From contig CAYUER010000004.1 in NCBI GenBank assembly GCA_964443785.1, positions 2,234-48,572 of the forward strand: DNA of 46,339 nt, given 5' to 3'. The notes under the pieces are model-generated. The model saw only the letters and a list, made by a program, of their open reading frames with translations. It ran no database searches and was not told the DNA's origin. Origin of the DNA: an uncultured Gammaproteobacteria bacterium. GTDB taxonomy: Bacteria; Patescibacteriota; Patescibacteriia; UBA1558; GWA2-36-10. This document shows positions 24,954-35,616 of the stretch, in pieces; position 1 is the stretch's first letter, and every line of letters starts with the position of its first letter. Position numbers and translations under genes: made by a program.

Positions 24954-24997
24954 AAACCAGCCCAGCCTCTTAGCTAAGAGGCTGGGCTGGTTTTTTT
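24954..24997. terminator. bidirectional intrinsic terminator
   Basis: CCAGCCCAGCCTCTTA/TAAGAGGCTGGGCTGG stem (24957-24972 pairs 24975-24990), flanked by an A-run and a T-run. Confidence 0.8.
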
Positions 24998-26348
24998 AAC
25001 GATTAATATAGTTTTGGTAGTCACTAGTATTTTGCCATTTGGCAAAGGGGATAGTCGGGTGGACAGTTTTACCGCCAAAGCGGATAGACTGTTTGATGGC
25101 TTGCTCAGAGTAGCCACTATAGCTATAGGCATTGACTAGGACGGCCCAGTCGCGAGCATTGATTTGGTAGCTACCTAGATTATTCTTGAGCCAGTTTTTT
25201 AAATAAGCAGAATTTTTTGACTCTAGAGTATTGGGGTTTTTGAGACGGGCCAGCACTTCGTTGATAGTGCGACCATAGCCATAGGGGTTGTACTGGTGGT
25301 CAATTTCTTCTTGGTCAGGATAGCCATCGTAGTCACTATCTAGACTATTGTTGTATATTTTTTGACCAGCGACTTGGGGAGCGGTGACAGATTGTTGTTT
25401 TGGTAAAGTAGTGAAACTATAGCCAGTGGCTTCTATCTTTTTATTGTACAAGCCTTTTTCCACAACGATTTTATAATAATAAGTAGTATTCGGATTGAGC
25501 TTGGTCAAAAAAACTTCGTGTTCACTTCTAGGGGTGGCACTGGCTACTATTTTTTGCCTGAGACTATTTGGCTTAGTGCCATAATAGATAGTGCTTTGGG
25601 TGACATAGTTGCTTGACCAGGTCAAGAAAGCACTAGAATCACTGATTCTATTGGTGTCCAATTGCAAGGGTTTGATATTGCTGATCGCTAGGTTAGAGCC
25701 ATTTTGTGCGCCATGAGAAGTAGTAAAAATTAAATATTTTGTCTCGCTATTTTTATCTTTATCAACTGCTGTGATTTCCGCAGCGTAGCGAGTATTGGCT
25801 TTGAGTTTGTAGATATAATTAACATGAGAAGTCACATAAGAATTGTAGCTGACACTAGAGCGTTTTGTTTGCTCCATTTCCCAGTAAGTGATTTTACCTC
25901 TGGTGACTTCGTCCGTGTCCCAAGAAATAGCTACAGCATTACCAGTAGTTTGTAATATTTTGTATTTAGTAATTTCTGGTTTTTGGTTGTCAGTCATATT
26001 CTTGGTAGAAAAAGATTGGACAAAAGTTTCTACCTTGTGGCCAGAATTATCCTCAGCTACTATTTTGTAATAGTAGGTTTTATTTTTTTCCAAGCCAGTC
26101 AAAACACTTTCATGAAGATAGTCATACACTCCATAACCCATGCTCATAGTCAAATTATCAGCAGTGAGGCCATAGTGGACTGAGCCCTTGGTGGCTTGGG
26201 TAGTGTACCAAGAGACATTGATCATTTTGTTGCGGGGATTGTAGACCTTGATATTGGAGATGACTACGGTTTCTGCTCTACCAAAAAAAGGCAGGATTAG
26301 ACCAGCGAGGATAATGATTATGAGGCTGTACTTACCTAGGTATTTCAT
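24996..26348 (-). CDS. secreted FN3-repeat protein (450 aa)
   Basis: Signal/anchor peptide. Three FN3 / purple-acid-phosphatase-N-like repeats (NVSWYT...G.V.YG...YYYKIV). A TSP3-like DSDYDGYPDQEEIDHQYNPYG motif is shared with the two giant proteins. The C-terminal domain is unassigned. Confidence 0.75.
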   Translation of the reverse strand: MKYLGKYSLIIIILAGLILPFFGRAETVVISNIKVYNPRNKMINVSWYTTQATKGSVHYGLTADNLTMSMGYGVYDYLHESVLTGLEKNKTYYYKIVAEDNSGHKVETFVQSFSTKNMTDNQKPEITKYKILQTTGNAVAISWDTDEVTRGKITYWEMEQTKRSSVSYNSYVTSHVNYIYKLKANTRYAAEITAVDKDKNSETKYLIFTTSHGAQNGSNLAISNIKPLQLDTNRISDSSAFLTWSSNYVTQSTIYYGTKPNSLRQKIVASATPRSEHEVFLTKLNPNTTYYYKIVVEKGLYNKKIEATGYSFTTLPKQQSVTAPQVAGQKIYNNSLDSDYDGYPDQEEIDHQYNPYGYGRTINEVLARLKNPNTLESKNSAYLKNWLKNNLGSYQINARDWAVLVNAYSYSGYSEQAIKQSIRFGGKTVHPTIPFAKWQNTSDYQNYINR

Positions 26349-26415
26349 AATTTTGAAAATAATATATAATTATAGCATATATTGGTTTATCTGTCAATAT
26401 TAAAAAAGCCTAATG

Positions 26416-27084
26416 TTATAGGCTTTTTTGAGAGATTACGGCTTTTTTCTCTATTTTAAGATAGTGGATACTCTTACCAGCTTTGAGGTGTTTTTCTTCA
26501 AAACAAGTCTTTATTTTTAACTCGGGCTTTAGATTTTTTTGTTTATAAATATCAACTATTTTTTTATTGATTTTCAAACCTTTTTCTTTGGCGGATTTTA
26601 TGGCAAAGTTGAATAATTTTTTATCATCAGTTTTGAGATGAATTAGGGCTTTATTTTTTAAAATTAAATCGTACTTATCTAAAAATTTTTTTGATACCAA
26701 TCTTTTTTTGGCTTGTTTTTTGCGGGGGTAAGGATCAGGGAAGGTGATCCAGATCTCATCGACTGATTGTGGGGGAAATATTTTTTCCAAAAAATCAACC
26801 TGAAAGCGGACGAATAATAAATTTTTTATTTTTTTGTCCAAAGCTTTTTTGGCGCCATGCCACAATCTCTCGCCTTGGATATCGATGCCAATATAGTTGG
26901 TGCTGGGATTTTTCTCAGCCAAAGCCAAGCTATATTCACCTTTGCCGCAGCCCAATTCTAAAATTATTTTATCACTTTGTTTGATAAATTTTTTTAATTT
27001 TTTGGCAAAATCTTGATCGCCAAACTCCAATACATTGGTAAATGATTTGAGCTCAGCAAATTTTTTCATTTTTTGTCTAGCCAT
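26416..27084 (-). CDS. trmB: tRNA (guanine46-N7)-methyltransferase
   Basis: ILELGCGKGEYSL, YIGIDI and ITFPDPYPRKKQAKKR blocks. Confidence 0.85.
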   Translation of the reverse strand: MARQKMKKFAELKSFTNVLEFGDQDFAKKLKKFIKQSDKIILELGCGKGEYSLALAEKNPSTNYIGIDIQGERLWHGAKKALDKKIKNLLFVRFQVDFLEKIFPPQSVDEIWITFPDPYPRKKQAKKRLVSKKFLDKYDLILKNKALIHLKTDDKKLFNFAIKSAKEKGLKINKKIVDIYKQKNLKPELKIKTCFEEKHLKAGKSIHYLKIEKKAVISQKSL

Positions 27085-27197
27085 ATTAGTAGCTTATATT
27101 ATTTTAGCCGAAAAGAAAATACACTACAAAATATTGACTTAAGTAGCGATTTATTTTAAAATAATATATCTGTTATTATTTAATTCAATGATTGGAT

Positions 27198-28244
27198 ATG
27201 CGTATTTTGGCTATCGAAACATCATGTGATGAGACTGCCTTGGCTGTCTTGCTTGAGCGAGGTGGCTCTTTGTTTTTAGAGAAAAACGCTGTCTATTCAC
27301 AAGTTGATATTCACAAAAAATATGGCGGCGTAGTCCCAGAAGTAGCTTCGCGCAAGCATCTAGAAACCATCATGCCGCTGCTAGAGCATACTTTGGGCAA
27401 AAATAAATTAAAAAATATTGATTATATCGCTTTTACCCAAGGTCCAGGCTTAGTCACCTCTTTGGTCCTGGGTGTAGCCACTGCCAAAGCCTTGAGCGCA
27501 GCTAGCGCCAAGCCATTATTGCCCATCAATCATCTCGAAGGACACATATATTCCAACTGGTTGAGTCATTCAGTATTACAAAAAAATACTCTAGATATTT
27601 TTCCTAGTATTATTTTGGTAGTTTCGGGTGGACACACCGAGCTGATACTGATGAGCGGTCATGGTCAGTATCAGTTGATCGGGCAGACCATGGATGATGC
27701 TGTGGGTGAGGCTTTTGACAAAGTGGCCAAACTATTAAAACTCGGCTACCCCGGTGGCCCGATAGTCAGTAAGCTGGCAGCTCGAGGCGATGCTCAAAAA
27801 TATGAATTCCCCAGACCAATGATCAATAGTCATAATTTTGACTTTAGCTTATCGGGATTGAAAACTGCTATTTTATATTTTTTGGAAAAAAAGAAAAAAA
27901 TCAATCAGCAAGATGTGGCGGATATTTGCGCTGGTTTTCAGACAGCGGTGACTGATGTCTTGGTCAAGAAAACTATGGCCGCAGCCAAATTTCACGGTGC
28001 TCGGTCCATCATGCTAGCTGGCGGAGTGTCGGCCAATACCTTTTTAAAAGATAGCTTGCAAAAACAAGCTGATCAATTATCTTTACCATTTTTTGCTCCA
28101 GAGCTGAAGTTTACCGGCGACAATGCAGCGATGATAGCCGCGGCTGCTTTTTATGGTTTGAAATACAAAAAAGCACGGATTGTCACTGGCGACAAGGTCA
28201 TTCAGCTCGAGCCAAGAGCCAATTGGCAGCTAGTCAAAAAATAA
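27198..28244 (+). CDS. tsaD: tRNA N6-adenosine threonylcarbamoyltransferase TsaD
   Basis: MRILAIETSCDET, INHLEGH, SGGHTE and GYPGGP motifs. ATG at 27198 is preferred over the TTG at 27192. Confidence 0.9.
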   Translation: MRILAIETSCDETALAVLLERGGSLFLEKNAVYSQVDIHKKYGGVVPEVASRKHLETIMPLLEHTLGKNKLKNIDYIAFTQGPGLVTSLVLGVATAKALSAASAKPLLPINHLEGHIYSNWLSHSVLQKNTLDIFPSIILVVSGGHTELILMSGHGQYQLIGQTMDDAVGEAFDKVAKLLKLGYPGGPIVSKLAARGDAQKYEFPRPMINSHNFDFSLSGLKTAILYFLEKKKKINQQDVADICAGFQTAVTDVLVKKTMAAAKFHGARSIMLAGGVSANTFLKDSLQKQADQLSLPFFAPELKFTGDNAAMIAAAAFYGLKYKKARIVTGDKVIQLEPRANWQLVKK

Positions 28245-28251
28245 TATTTTT

Positions 28252-28280
28252 TTGAGTAATTTTATCTAGTAAGGTATAAT
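28252..28280 (+). promoter_or_regulatory. sigma70-type promoter of tsaE-valS
   Basis: TTGAGT (28252-28257), a 17-nt spacer, then TATAAT (28275-28280). Confidence 0.55.
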
Positions 28281-28326
28281 GAAAATATCAGAAATTTTTT
28301 GTTAGGATTATTAATTTTTATAAACA

Positions 28327-28758
28327 GTGAAAGAATATTTAGCTAAAAACTCTAAAGAAACAGAAAAAATCGCTCAAGATTTGGTGAAGAAGTTGGCCGG
28401 TGGCGAGCTTTTGGCTTTGGTGGGAAATTTGGGAGCCGGCAAGACAGTTTTCGTCAAAGGCTTGGCCAAGGCTTTTGGTATTACAGAAAATATCACTAGT
28501 CCTACTTTTGTCTTGATGAAAATCTATCAGACCAAACATCCGACCATCAAGCGTTTGGTACATATAGACTGTTATCGCTTGGAGCAATTGGGCGACTTGG
28601 AAGAAATAGGTCTGGCTGATTATTTGCATGATCCAGAAAATGTCGTTGTGATTGAGTGGGCTGACCGGATTGCTAATTTGCCAAAAAACACTATCAATAT
28701 TAATATTGAATATATCAATAATCAAGAAAGGCGAGTGACTATTAGCGACTATGAGTGA
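28327..28758 (+). CDS. tsaE: tRNA t6A37 biosynthesis ATPase TsaE
   Basis: P-loop GNLGAGKT, SPTF and HIDCYR motifs. GTG start. It overlaps valS by 8 nt. Confidence 0.8.
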   Translation: MKEYLAKNSKETEKIAQDLVKKLAGGELLALVGNLGAGKTVFVKGLAKAFGITENITSPTFVLMKIYQTKHPTIKRLVHIDCYRLEQLGDLEEIGLADYLHDPENVVVIEWADRIANLPKNTININIEYINNQERRVTISDYE

Positions 28759-31294
28759 TCAGAACGAGCAATTGGATTTGCCCAAGGCCTATGAGCCAGC
28801 CAAGTACGAACAAGATATCTACCAACTATGGTTAGATAGTGGTTTTTTTAATCCCGATAATTTACGGACCGATGGCCCAGCCTTTACCATCTCTATGCCA
28901 CCGCCTAATGCCACTGGTATTTTGCATATCGGACATGCTGCTGGCTTAACTGTGCAGGATATAGTGATTCGTTATAAAAGATTGCAGGGCTATAAAGCAC
29001 TGTGGGTGCCTGGCACTGATCACGCCTCTATTGCTACGCAAACAAAAGTAGAAAAAATTATAGCCAAAGAAGGTACTGATCGTCATACTTTGGGTCGAGA
29101 AAAATTTTTGGAACGAGTGAAACAATATGTAGCTGATTCTCAAGATACTATTCGTAATCAAATCAGGCGCATGGGTTCGAGTTGTGACTGGTCGCGTGAG
29201 CGTTATACTTTTGATGACGGTTTGTCGCGAGCGGTTAATGAAGCTTTTATCCGGATGTACAATGACGGTCTTATTTATCGTGGCTACCGCATTGTCAATT
29301 GGTGTCCACGCTGCGCCTCGACCATAGCTGATGATGAGGTGGAGCATGAAGAGCAAGCAGCAAAATTGTACTATATCAAGTATGGTCCTTTTGTCGTAGC
29401 CACTACCAGACCAGAGACCAAGCTAGCTGACACAGGTGTAGCGGTCCATCCAGATGATGAGCGCTATCATCAGTATATTGGTCAGACTTTGGATATTGAT
29501 TTAGCTGGACACAAGATCAAGGTCAAAGTTTTTGCTGACAAAAGCATTGACCAATCTTTTGGCTCGGGAGTAGTCGGTGTCACACCAGCTCATAGCTTGG
29601 TGGACTATGATTTTGCTCAAAAAAATGCTTTGGAAATTATCAAACTCATAGATGAACAAGGTAAAATATTGGCTAGTGGCGGCCAGTATGTCGGCCTAGA
29701 TGTTTTGCAGGCTCGTCAGCAATTTGTGACTGATTTGCAAGCAGCTGGCTTGTTGGAAAAAACAGAAGATATAAAAAATAATTTATCAGTTTGCTATCGC
29801 TGTCAGACAGCCATAGAACCACTGCCCTCTGAGCAATGGTTTGTAGCGGTTGATAAAAAAATTCCTGGTCGTGACAAATCTTTGAAACAACTTGCCGTGG
29901 AAGTAGTTAAGCACAAAGATATTCATATCATGCCTCATCGTTTTGAAAAAACATACTTCAATTGGATGGAAAATCTACACGATTGGTGTATTTCTAGGCA
30001 ATTGTGGTGGGGGCATCGCATACCGATTTGGTATACTGCTGATAAAAAAATAATCGTTGCCCATGATCAGGCCGAGGCTAAGCTCAAAGCTGGTAATCAA
30101 GATATAGTGCAAGATCCCGACACTTTGGATACTTGGTTTTCTTCAGCCTTGTGGACTTTCTCTACTTTGGGTTGGCCAGAAGATACCAAGGATTTACAGC
30201 TCTATCATCCAACCGGTTTGATGGAGACTGGTTATGATATTATTTTTTTCTGGGTGGCTAGGATGATCTTGATGACAGAATATTTATTGGGTGAAAAACC
30301 TTTTGGCATTGTTTATCTGCATGGCTTAGTTCGTGATAAGGATGGTAAAAAAATGAGCAAGTCTTTGGGTAATGGTATTGAGCCAATCGAAATGATTGAT
30401 AAATACGGGGCTGATGCCTTGCGCTTGTCTGCAGTGATGGGTACTACACCGGGCAATGACTCAAGGTTATACGAAGAAAAAATCGCTGGCTATAGAAATT
30501 TTGTCAACAAACTTTGGAATATTTCACGTTTTATTTTTTCAGCAGTCAAAAATATCCATAGAGTCAAGGAACAGCCAGAACCAAAAACTTTGGCGGATGC
30601 CTGGATTTTGTCCGAGTTCAATGATTTGGTAGAGCAGGTCACCACAGACTTTCATAAGTACAATTTATCTGGCGCTGGTGAAAAGCTTTATGAGTTTACT
30701 TGGTCAAAGTTGGCTGATTGGTATTTGGAGCTAGCTAAATTTGAAAAAGATAAAGATGAAATTTTACTCTATATTTTAGAGCGCTTATTGGTGATGTGGC
30801 ATCCTTTTACACCCTTTGTGACGGAGTTGATTTGGAAACAGTTTAAGCCAGAGCACTTGCTGATGATTGAGCATTGGCCCAAAGCTAAAAAGCAAGATAC
30901 ATCAGCTGTAAAATCTTTTGCAGAATTGATGGAGCTAGTTTCTATGATTCGCAATTTGAAAGCAGAAAATAAAATGCGTAGCGCTGATAAACCAGATTGC
31001 TATATTGAGAATAATTTATTAGTCAAAGAGTCAAAATTAGCTGCGGCTTATTTGGCGGGAGTGACTTTGCAAAATAGCGTCATCGATGGTGTAAAATTCA
31101 ATACTAGCGCTGGTTATTTTATCATCAATTTGCACAAACCATTGAAAGATCAGGAGCTAGCTAGTCTCCAAAAATATATAGCTGAACTAGAAGCCAAGCT
31201 AGCTAATAAAGCTTTTGTAGAAAATGCACCGCGGCCCATAGTCGATGAAACAAGACAAAAATTAGAGCAAGCCAAGAAAAAAATAACCCCCTAA
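28751..31294 (+). CDS. valS: valine--tRNA ligase
   Basis: PPPNATGILHIGHA (HIGH) and KMSKSLGN (KMSKS) motifs, an editing-domain TTRPET block and a C-terminal coiled coil. Confidence 0.95.
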   Translation: MSDQNEQLDLPKAYEPAKYEQDIYQLWLDSGFFNPDNLRTDGPAFTISMPPPNATGILHIGHAAGLTVQDIVIRYKRLQGYKALWVPGTDHASIATQTKVEKIIAKEGTDRHTLGREKFLERVKQYVADSQDTIRNQIRRMGSSCDWSRERYTFDDGLSRAVNEAFIRMYNDGLIYRGYRIVNWCPRCASTIADDEVEHEEQAAKLYYIKYGPFVVATTRPETKLADTGVAVHPDDERYHQYIGQTLDIDLAGHKIKVKVFADKSIDQSFGSGVVGVTPAHSLVDYDFAQKNALEIIKLIDEQGKILASGGQYVGLDVLQARQQFVTDLQAAGLLEKTEDIKNNLSVCYRCQTAIEPLPSEQWFVAVDKKIPGRDKSLKQLAVEVVKHKDIHIMPHRFEKTYFNWMENLHDWCISRQLWWGHRIPIWYTADKKIIVAHDQAEAKLKAGNQDIVQDPDTLDTWFSSALWTFSTLGWPEDTKDLQLYHPTGLMETGYDIIFFWVARMILMTEYLLGEKPFGIVYLHGLVRDKDGKKMSKSLGNGIEPIEMIDKYGADALRLSAVMGTTPGNDSRLYEEKIAGYRNFVNKLWNISRFIFSAVKNIHRVKEQPEPKTLADAWILSEFNDLVEQVTTDFHKYNLSGAGEKLYEFTWSKLADWYLELAKFEKDKDEILLYILERLLVMWHPFTPFVTELIWKQFKPEHLLMIEHWPKAKKQDTSAVKSFAELMELVSMIRNLKAENKMRSADKPDCYIENNLLVKESKLAAAYLAGVTLQNSVIDGVKFNTSAGYFIINLHKPLKDQELASLQKYIAELEAKLANKAFVENAPRPIVDETRQKLEQAKKKITP

Positions 31295-31314
31295 GTCGGG
31301 GGTTATTTATTTTT
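31281..31314. terminator. bidirectional terminator between valS and pilB
   Basis: AAATAACCCCC/GGGGGTTATTT stem (31281-31291 pairs 31298-31308). The loop contains the valS stop codon, and a T-run follows. Confidence 0.75.
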
Positions 31315-33036
31315 TTAATCTTTTACTTTACTGAATACTTCTTGGACAGAGGTGATACCTTCGAGAGCTTTGAGTAAACCATCTTGGAGCATGGTGATCA
31401 TGCCATTTTTGACAGCTAGATTTTCTATTTCATACTCGGAGACATTGCCAGCCAAAATCAATTTTTCTATTTCGGGAGTCATCATAAATATCTCATAGAT
31501 ACCGACGCGTCCTTTGTAGCCTAGATTGTGACATTGGTCGCAGCCTTTGGCAGTATAAAATTTTAGGTTATTGACATCAGCGACTGAGTGGCCCGATTCG
31601 GGGGCAATGGCACTGAGTGTTTTTAGTATTTCCGCGGTAGTAGCTGTATCTATAGTATTGTCTTCTATTTTACAGTGAGGACAGAGGCGTCTGACCAAGC
31701 GTTGGCCAATGATAGCATCTAGGGCAGGCGCTAGTAAAAAAGATTGGACACCCATCGCTAGTAAGCGGGGAATAGTAGCAGCTGCAGAGTTGGTATGCAT
31801 CGAGCTGAGCATCAAATGGCCAGTCAAAGCTGCATTGATAGCCACATCAGCAGTTTCTAAATCACGGATTTCACCAACCATGACTATATCAGGATCTTGG
31901 CGCAAGATAGCTCTCAGCCCGCGAGCAAAAGTATAACGAGTACTTTTTTCTTCTTCGGATTTGTTATCAGCAGCCGCATTGCTTTCTACTTGGCTTTGGA
32001 TGATGCCAGGTAGTTTGTATTCAATCGGATCTTCTAGAGTGATGATTTTGGTTTCTGGGCGATTGAGTTTGTTGAGGATGGCGTAGAGGGTGGTGGTTTT
32101 ACCAGAGCCAGTAGGACCGGTAGCGATGAGCATGCCATTTGGTTTGGTCATCTGGCGACTGAGGTCATTGTAGGCTTTGCCCTTGAGACCTAGATCATCA
32201 AATTGCAAGCCGGTGCTAGAGGCACGCAGCAAACGCATGACAATGCTCTCACCATAGACTGATGGTATGATAGAGACGCGGACATCGACTTTGTCATTGC
32301 TCAAGGTGATGGAAAATCTGCCGTCTTGCGGTTTGTTGCCAGTGTTTAGTTTTAGTCCAGCGAGGAGCTTGATGCGAGAGCCTATTTTTTCACTAGCTTC
32401 TTTGGGCATAGCTAGAGCATTGTACAGTGCGCCATCAATACGAAAACGGACTTTGACATCATTTTCTTCGGCTTCGATATGGATATCAGAAGCCAAAAAT
32501 TTTAGACCAGCAGCAATGACTAGGTTTATTGATTCGGTCAGGCCAGTTTCTTTGACTAGATTTTGTAAAGACTCAAAATTAGTGAGTTTTTCATCAAATT
32601 TACTAAGCGCCTCCTCAGTAATATTGATGCCTTCTAGGTGGATGATAGTCGGTATCTTGGCGTATATTTTGCTAGCGATCTCAAAGCTATTTTCTGAAAT
32701 CATGTAGACTTTGACCCGGGCATGATGTATGTCGCCTAGCTCTTTGGCTAGATTGGACACTTGAGGATTGTTGGGGTTGATAGAAGCGAGTCGGATCTCT
32801 TCACCAGTAAATAAAAAACAAATAGTCTGCAAAGCTTCAGCTTGCTCCTCACTGATGAGCTTCAAGGCTTCCTGAGAAATAGGAAATTTATCGAGATTGA
32901 TATAGGACAAGCCCAAAGCAGTCGCCTTTTTTTCTACTTCATTTTCTTTTTCTTTGGTCGCAATATCAGTCAGTTTGCTGTTGAGCTTTTGAGTGACTTC
33001 ATCAGAAAATGGTTGAGATTTTTTTGCATCATCCAT
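31315..33036 (-). CDS. pilB: type II/IV secretion (type IV pilus assembly) ATPase, GspE/PilB family
   Basis: GspII_E N-terminal domain, Walker A GPTGSGKTTT, Asp/His boxes and the tetracysteine motif CPHC...CDQC. Confidence 0.85.
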   Translation of the reverse strand: MDDAKKSQPFSDEVTQKLNSKLTDIATKEKENEVEKKATALGLSYINLDKFPISQEALKLISEEQAEALQTICFLFTGEEIRLASINPNNPQVSNLAKELGDIHHARVKVYMISENSFEIASKIYAKIPTIIHLEGINITEEALSKFDEKLTNFESLQNLVKETGLTESINLVIAAGLKFLASDIHIEAEENDVKVRFRIDGALYNALAMPKEASEKIGSRIKLLAGLKLNTGNKPQDGRFSITLSNDKVDVRVSIIPSVYGESIVMRLLRASSTGLQFDDLGLKGKAYNDLSRQMTKPNGMLIATGPTGSGKTTTLYAILNKLNRPETKIITLEDPIEYKLPGIIQSQVESNAAADNKSEEEKSTRYTFARGLRAILRQDPDIVMVGEIRDLETADVAINAALTGHLMLSSMHTNSAAATIPRLLAMGVQSFLLAPALDAIIGQRLVRRLCPHCKIEDNTIDTATTAEILKTLSAIAPESGHSVADVNNLKFYTAKGCDQCHNLGYKGRVGIYEIFMMTPEIEKLILAGNVSEYEIENLAVKNGMITMLQDGLLKALEGITSVQEVFSKVKD

Positions 33037-33136
33037 ATTTTTTTCTTAGTCTATACTTATGATAAATTATACTTTTGCTGACACATAAAGTCAATCAAAA
33101 AATCACCGATTTTTGAGCGGTGATTTTTAGTAAAAA

Positions 33137-34111
33137 TTATCTAGTGAGGGCAGGCAGATTTTTATGGGCAAAGCGGTGGATTTTACTATGGCTTGGTGTC
33201 TTGCCGTTGAGGCGGAGGAAGATATTGGTCCAGAGTAGATTATAAAAGGCACCAAAGAATGAAGTTATGAGTAAAAAGATAGCAATAGCCGCAAAAGCAC
33301 CGATGATGATCAATAGATAAAATACCAAGGGACTCATCTGCATCAAAAGTGCCAAAACCAAGAAAGGAGCAAAGACAAAGGCAATGGCCGCAAAACCAAT
33401 GACCACATAAGCAATAGCAAACATCAGTATAGTGATGGCACTCTCTATAGTAATCATCCAATTGGCGCGGAATAATTCCCAGCCGTTGTTAAAGGCGGCC
33501 CAAAGCTTTTGGTTGTAAATCATGATATAGGCCATACCAAAACGAGTAGCAAAAGAAATCATGACTATCAGTGGTACAAGCAAGAAGAAAACAATCAAAG
33601 ATAACAAGAAATAAAAGGTCAGACCATTTTTGACAGTTACCAAGTCAATCATTGGGCTAATGACAAAAATAATAAAGAAATAACCAATCACAGTGTTGAT
33701 TAGATTGATGCCGAGTAATGGCCAGAATTTTTCGAGGGCCACAGCTAGGGCGTTATTTGATTTGGCTTTGCCGTTTTTGGCGTATTTGGCTGCACTGTAT
33801 ATCAGGGCTCCCTGTGAAGAAATCGCCAAAATCAAAATAATAGCATAAATGATAAATAGTCCAATGAGGGTAATGTAGCTATCGAGCATGGACCAGTTAA
33901 TTTGATTTTGGGTAGCGAGTCTTTCAATACTGCGCCACCAAGTGATGATCCATGAGCCGAGAAAATCAGGACTAGCATTTTGGAAATTGAAAGCCATTTT
34001 GACTTCGTTGAAACCGAGGAGTGAAGCAAATAGGCCAAAAAATAATAAATGAAAATTTTGTTTTATAATTTGCCACGATTGGCTAAAAATTTTACGATAA
34101 AATGGTTCCAT
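33137..34111 (-). CDS. hypothetical polytopic membrane protein (324 aa)
   Basis: About 7 hydrophobic helices. A terminator hairpin lies at about 33102-33124. I cannot assign a family with confidence. Confidence 0.55.
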   Translation of the reverse strand: MEPFYRKIFSQSWQIIKQNFHLLFFGLFASLLGFNEVKMAFNFQNASPDFLGSWIITWWRSIERLATQNQINWSMLDSYITLIGLFIIYAIILILAISSQGALIYSAAKYAKNGKAKSNNALAVALEKFWPLLGINLINTVIGYFFIIFVISPMIDLVTVKNGLTFYFLLSLIVFFLLVPLIVMISFATRFGMAYIMIYNQKLWAAFNNGWELFRANWMITIESAITILMFAIAYVVIGFAAIAFVFAPFLVLALLMQMSPLVFYLLIIIGAFAAIAIFLLITSFFGAFYNLLWTNIFLRLNGKTPSHSKIHRFAHKNLPALTR

Positions 34112-34222
34112 ATTTTTATTTTTAAATTTTATTTTACAGCAACATTATTATAACATATTTTGCCTGAATACAAAAGAACAGCTTTCTACTGTGCTGTTCT
34201 TTTCAATGAATCATTTATATTT

Positions 34223-34573
34223 TTAATTTGTTGGTATTTTGAGCCAAGCAATTTTAGCTAGTAACAATACCAATAGTGTGTAGCCAAGGGAGATAGAGAA
34301 ATCTTTATAAAAATCTTTTTTAGAATATTTTTCTATTTTATTTTTGGCAATTATTTTTTTGCTACCATGATGCAGTAATACAAAACCAAAGATATTGGTC
34401 GCCCAATAGCCAGCAATCATAGCTGGTAAAAAGATATTTTTGTTGACCAAGCTACACAGGTAAGCAAAGCCATAAGCTAAGGGTAGGTTGATGATCAGAT
34501 CATTCCACCAGGACAATGGAGAGAGTAAATATCCAATCAAAACAATAATCCCACCACTAATTTTTTCTTGCAT
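34223..34573 (-). CDS. hypothetical small membrane protein (116 aa)
   Basis: 3-4 TM segments. It starts 7 nt after the stop of the upstream antiporter gene, and a terminator hairpin lies at about 34173-34202. Confidence 0.5.
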   Translation of the reverse strand: MQEKISGGIIVLIGYLLSPLSWWNDLIINLPLAYGFAYLCSLVNKNIFLPAMIAGYWATNIFGFVLLHHGSKKIIAKNKIEKYSKKDFYKDFSISLGYTLLVLLLAKIAWLKIPTN

Positions 34574-34580
34574 AGGTATT

Positions 34581-35510
34581 TTAGCTGTTGATAAAATATT
34601 CAGTCACAACAAAAATTATCCAAAATATAAATAATAAAAAGCCCTCTTTTTTGGAAATGGTTTTGTTGCTGCGCATAAAGAAAGATAAGACACAAGCCGA
34701 GAGAAACATGAAGCCACCAGTGACATAGGTGATTTGCTGAGGAAAAGAAAAGGGGCTGAGTAGAGCTAGGATACCGACTACTATGGTGCCGTCAGCCAAT
34801 ACCGTGCCCAAGATGTCGCCAATAGCCAGAGACTCGTTATTTTTTTTGACTGCCTGCAAAGAAAATAGCATCTCCGGTATGGTCGTGCCCACACCGACAA
34901 TCAACATGCCGATCAATATAGGTGAGACAGCCAGATTGTGAGCTAAAGCGCTAGCTGAGGTGACAGTAAAATGCGCACCAAAGAGTAGCACGTTCATGCT
35001 CAAGAGTAGTAGGATAAAATTTTTACGGCTATTATGGTCATTTTTTATTTTTGGAGCTTCACCGGGATTATTTTTGAAAGCAAAATAATAAAATATGATA
35101 CCAGTAATTATCAAGCTGATACCCTCTAGGCGAGAGTAGTAGCCATCAGAGCCCAAGACAATGGGCATCAGAAATAAAAATGGATAGACCAGATTATTTT
35201 TTAATATTTTACTTTCTATTTTTATATTTTTACCCGATAGGGCGATGATGATGGCAATCACTAGGGTCATATCTACGACATTGGAGCCAAACAAAGTGCC
35301 CAGACCAAAAGCAGGCGTGCCCTCCAAAGAGGCATTGATAGAGATAAAAGTTTCGGGCAGTATGGAGATGACAGCGACAATGATAAAGCCAATGATATAT
35401 TTGGATAGCTGAAAATTTTCAGCTAGCAGGACAGCATACTTGGTCGCCCAGATAGCACCTCTGATCACTAAAAATAAGGCAACAGCTAGAATAATAATAT
35501 TTTGGAACAT
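34581..35510 (-). CDS. Ca2+/Na+ antiporter (CaCA/YrbG family)
   Basis: Two alpha-repeats: GLGTLFGSNVVDMTL and GVGTTIPE...GDILGTVLADGTIVVG. Confidence 0.75.
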   Translation of the reverse strand: MFQNIIILAVALFLVIRGAIWATKYAVLLAENFQLSKYIIGFIIVAVISILPETFISINASLEGTPAFGLGTLFGSNVVDMTLVIAIIIALSGKNIKIESKILKNNLVYPFLFLMPIVLGSDGYYSRLEGISLIITGIIFYYFAFKNNPGEAPKIKNDHNSRKNFILLLLSMNVLLFGAHFTVTSASALAHNLAVSPILIGMLIVGVGTTIPEMLFSLQAVKKNNESLAIGDILGTVLADGTIVVGILALLSPFSFPQQITYVTGGFMFLSACVLSFFMRSNKTISKKEGFLLFIFWIIFVVTEYFINS

Positions 35511-35565
35511 ACTTTTGTAACTAATATGTTATATGATAGCCAAAATTGTCAGTTCTGTAAAACAA

Positions 35566-35601
35566 ATCCAGCCCAGCCCTTCGTGAAGGGCTGGGCTGGA
35601 T
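35566..35601 (-). terminator. hairpin terminator after ftsH
   Basis: ATCCAGCCCAGCCCTT-CGTG-AAGGGCTGGGCTGGAT, a perfect 16-bp stem. On the minus strand it is followed by TTGTTTTAC. Confidence 0.65.
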
Positions 35602-35616
35602 GAAGTGGAGATTTAT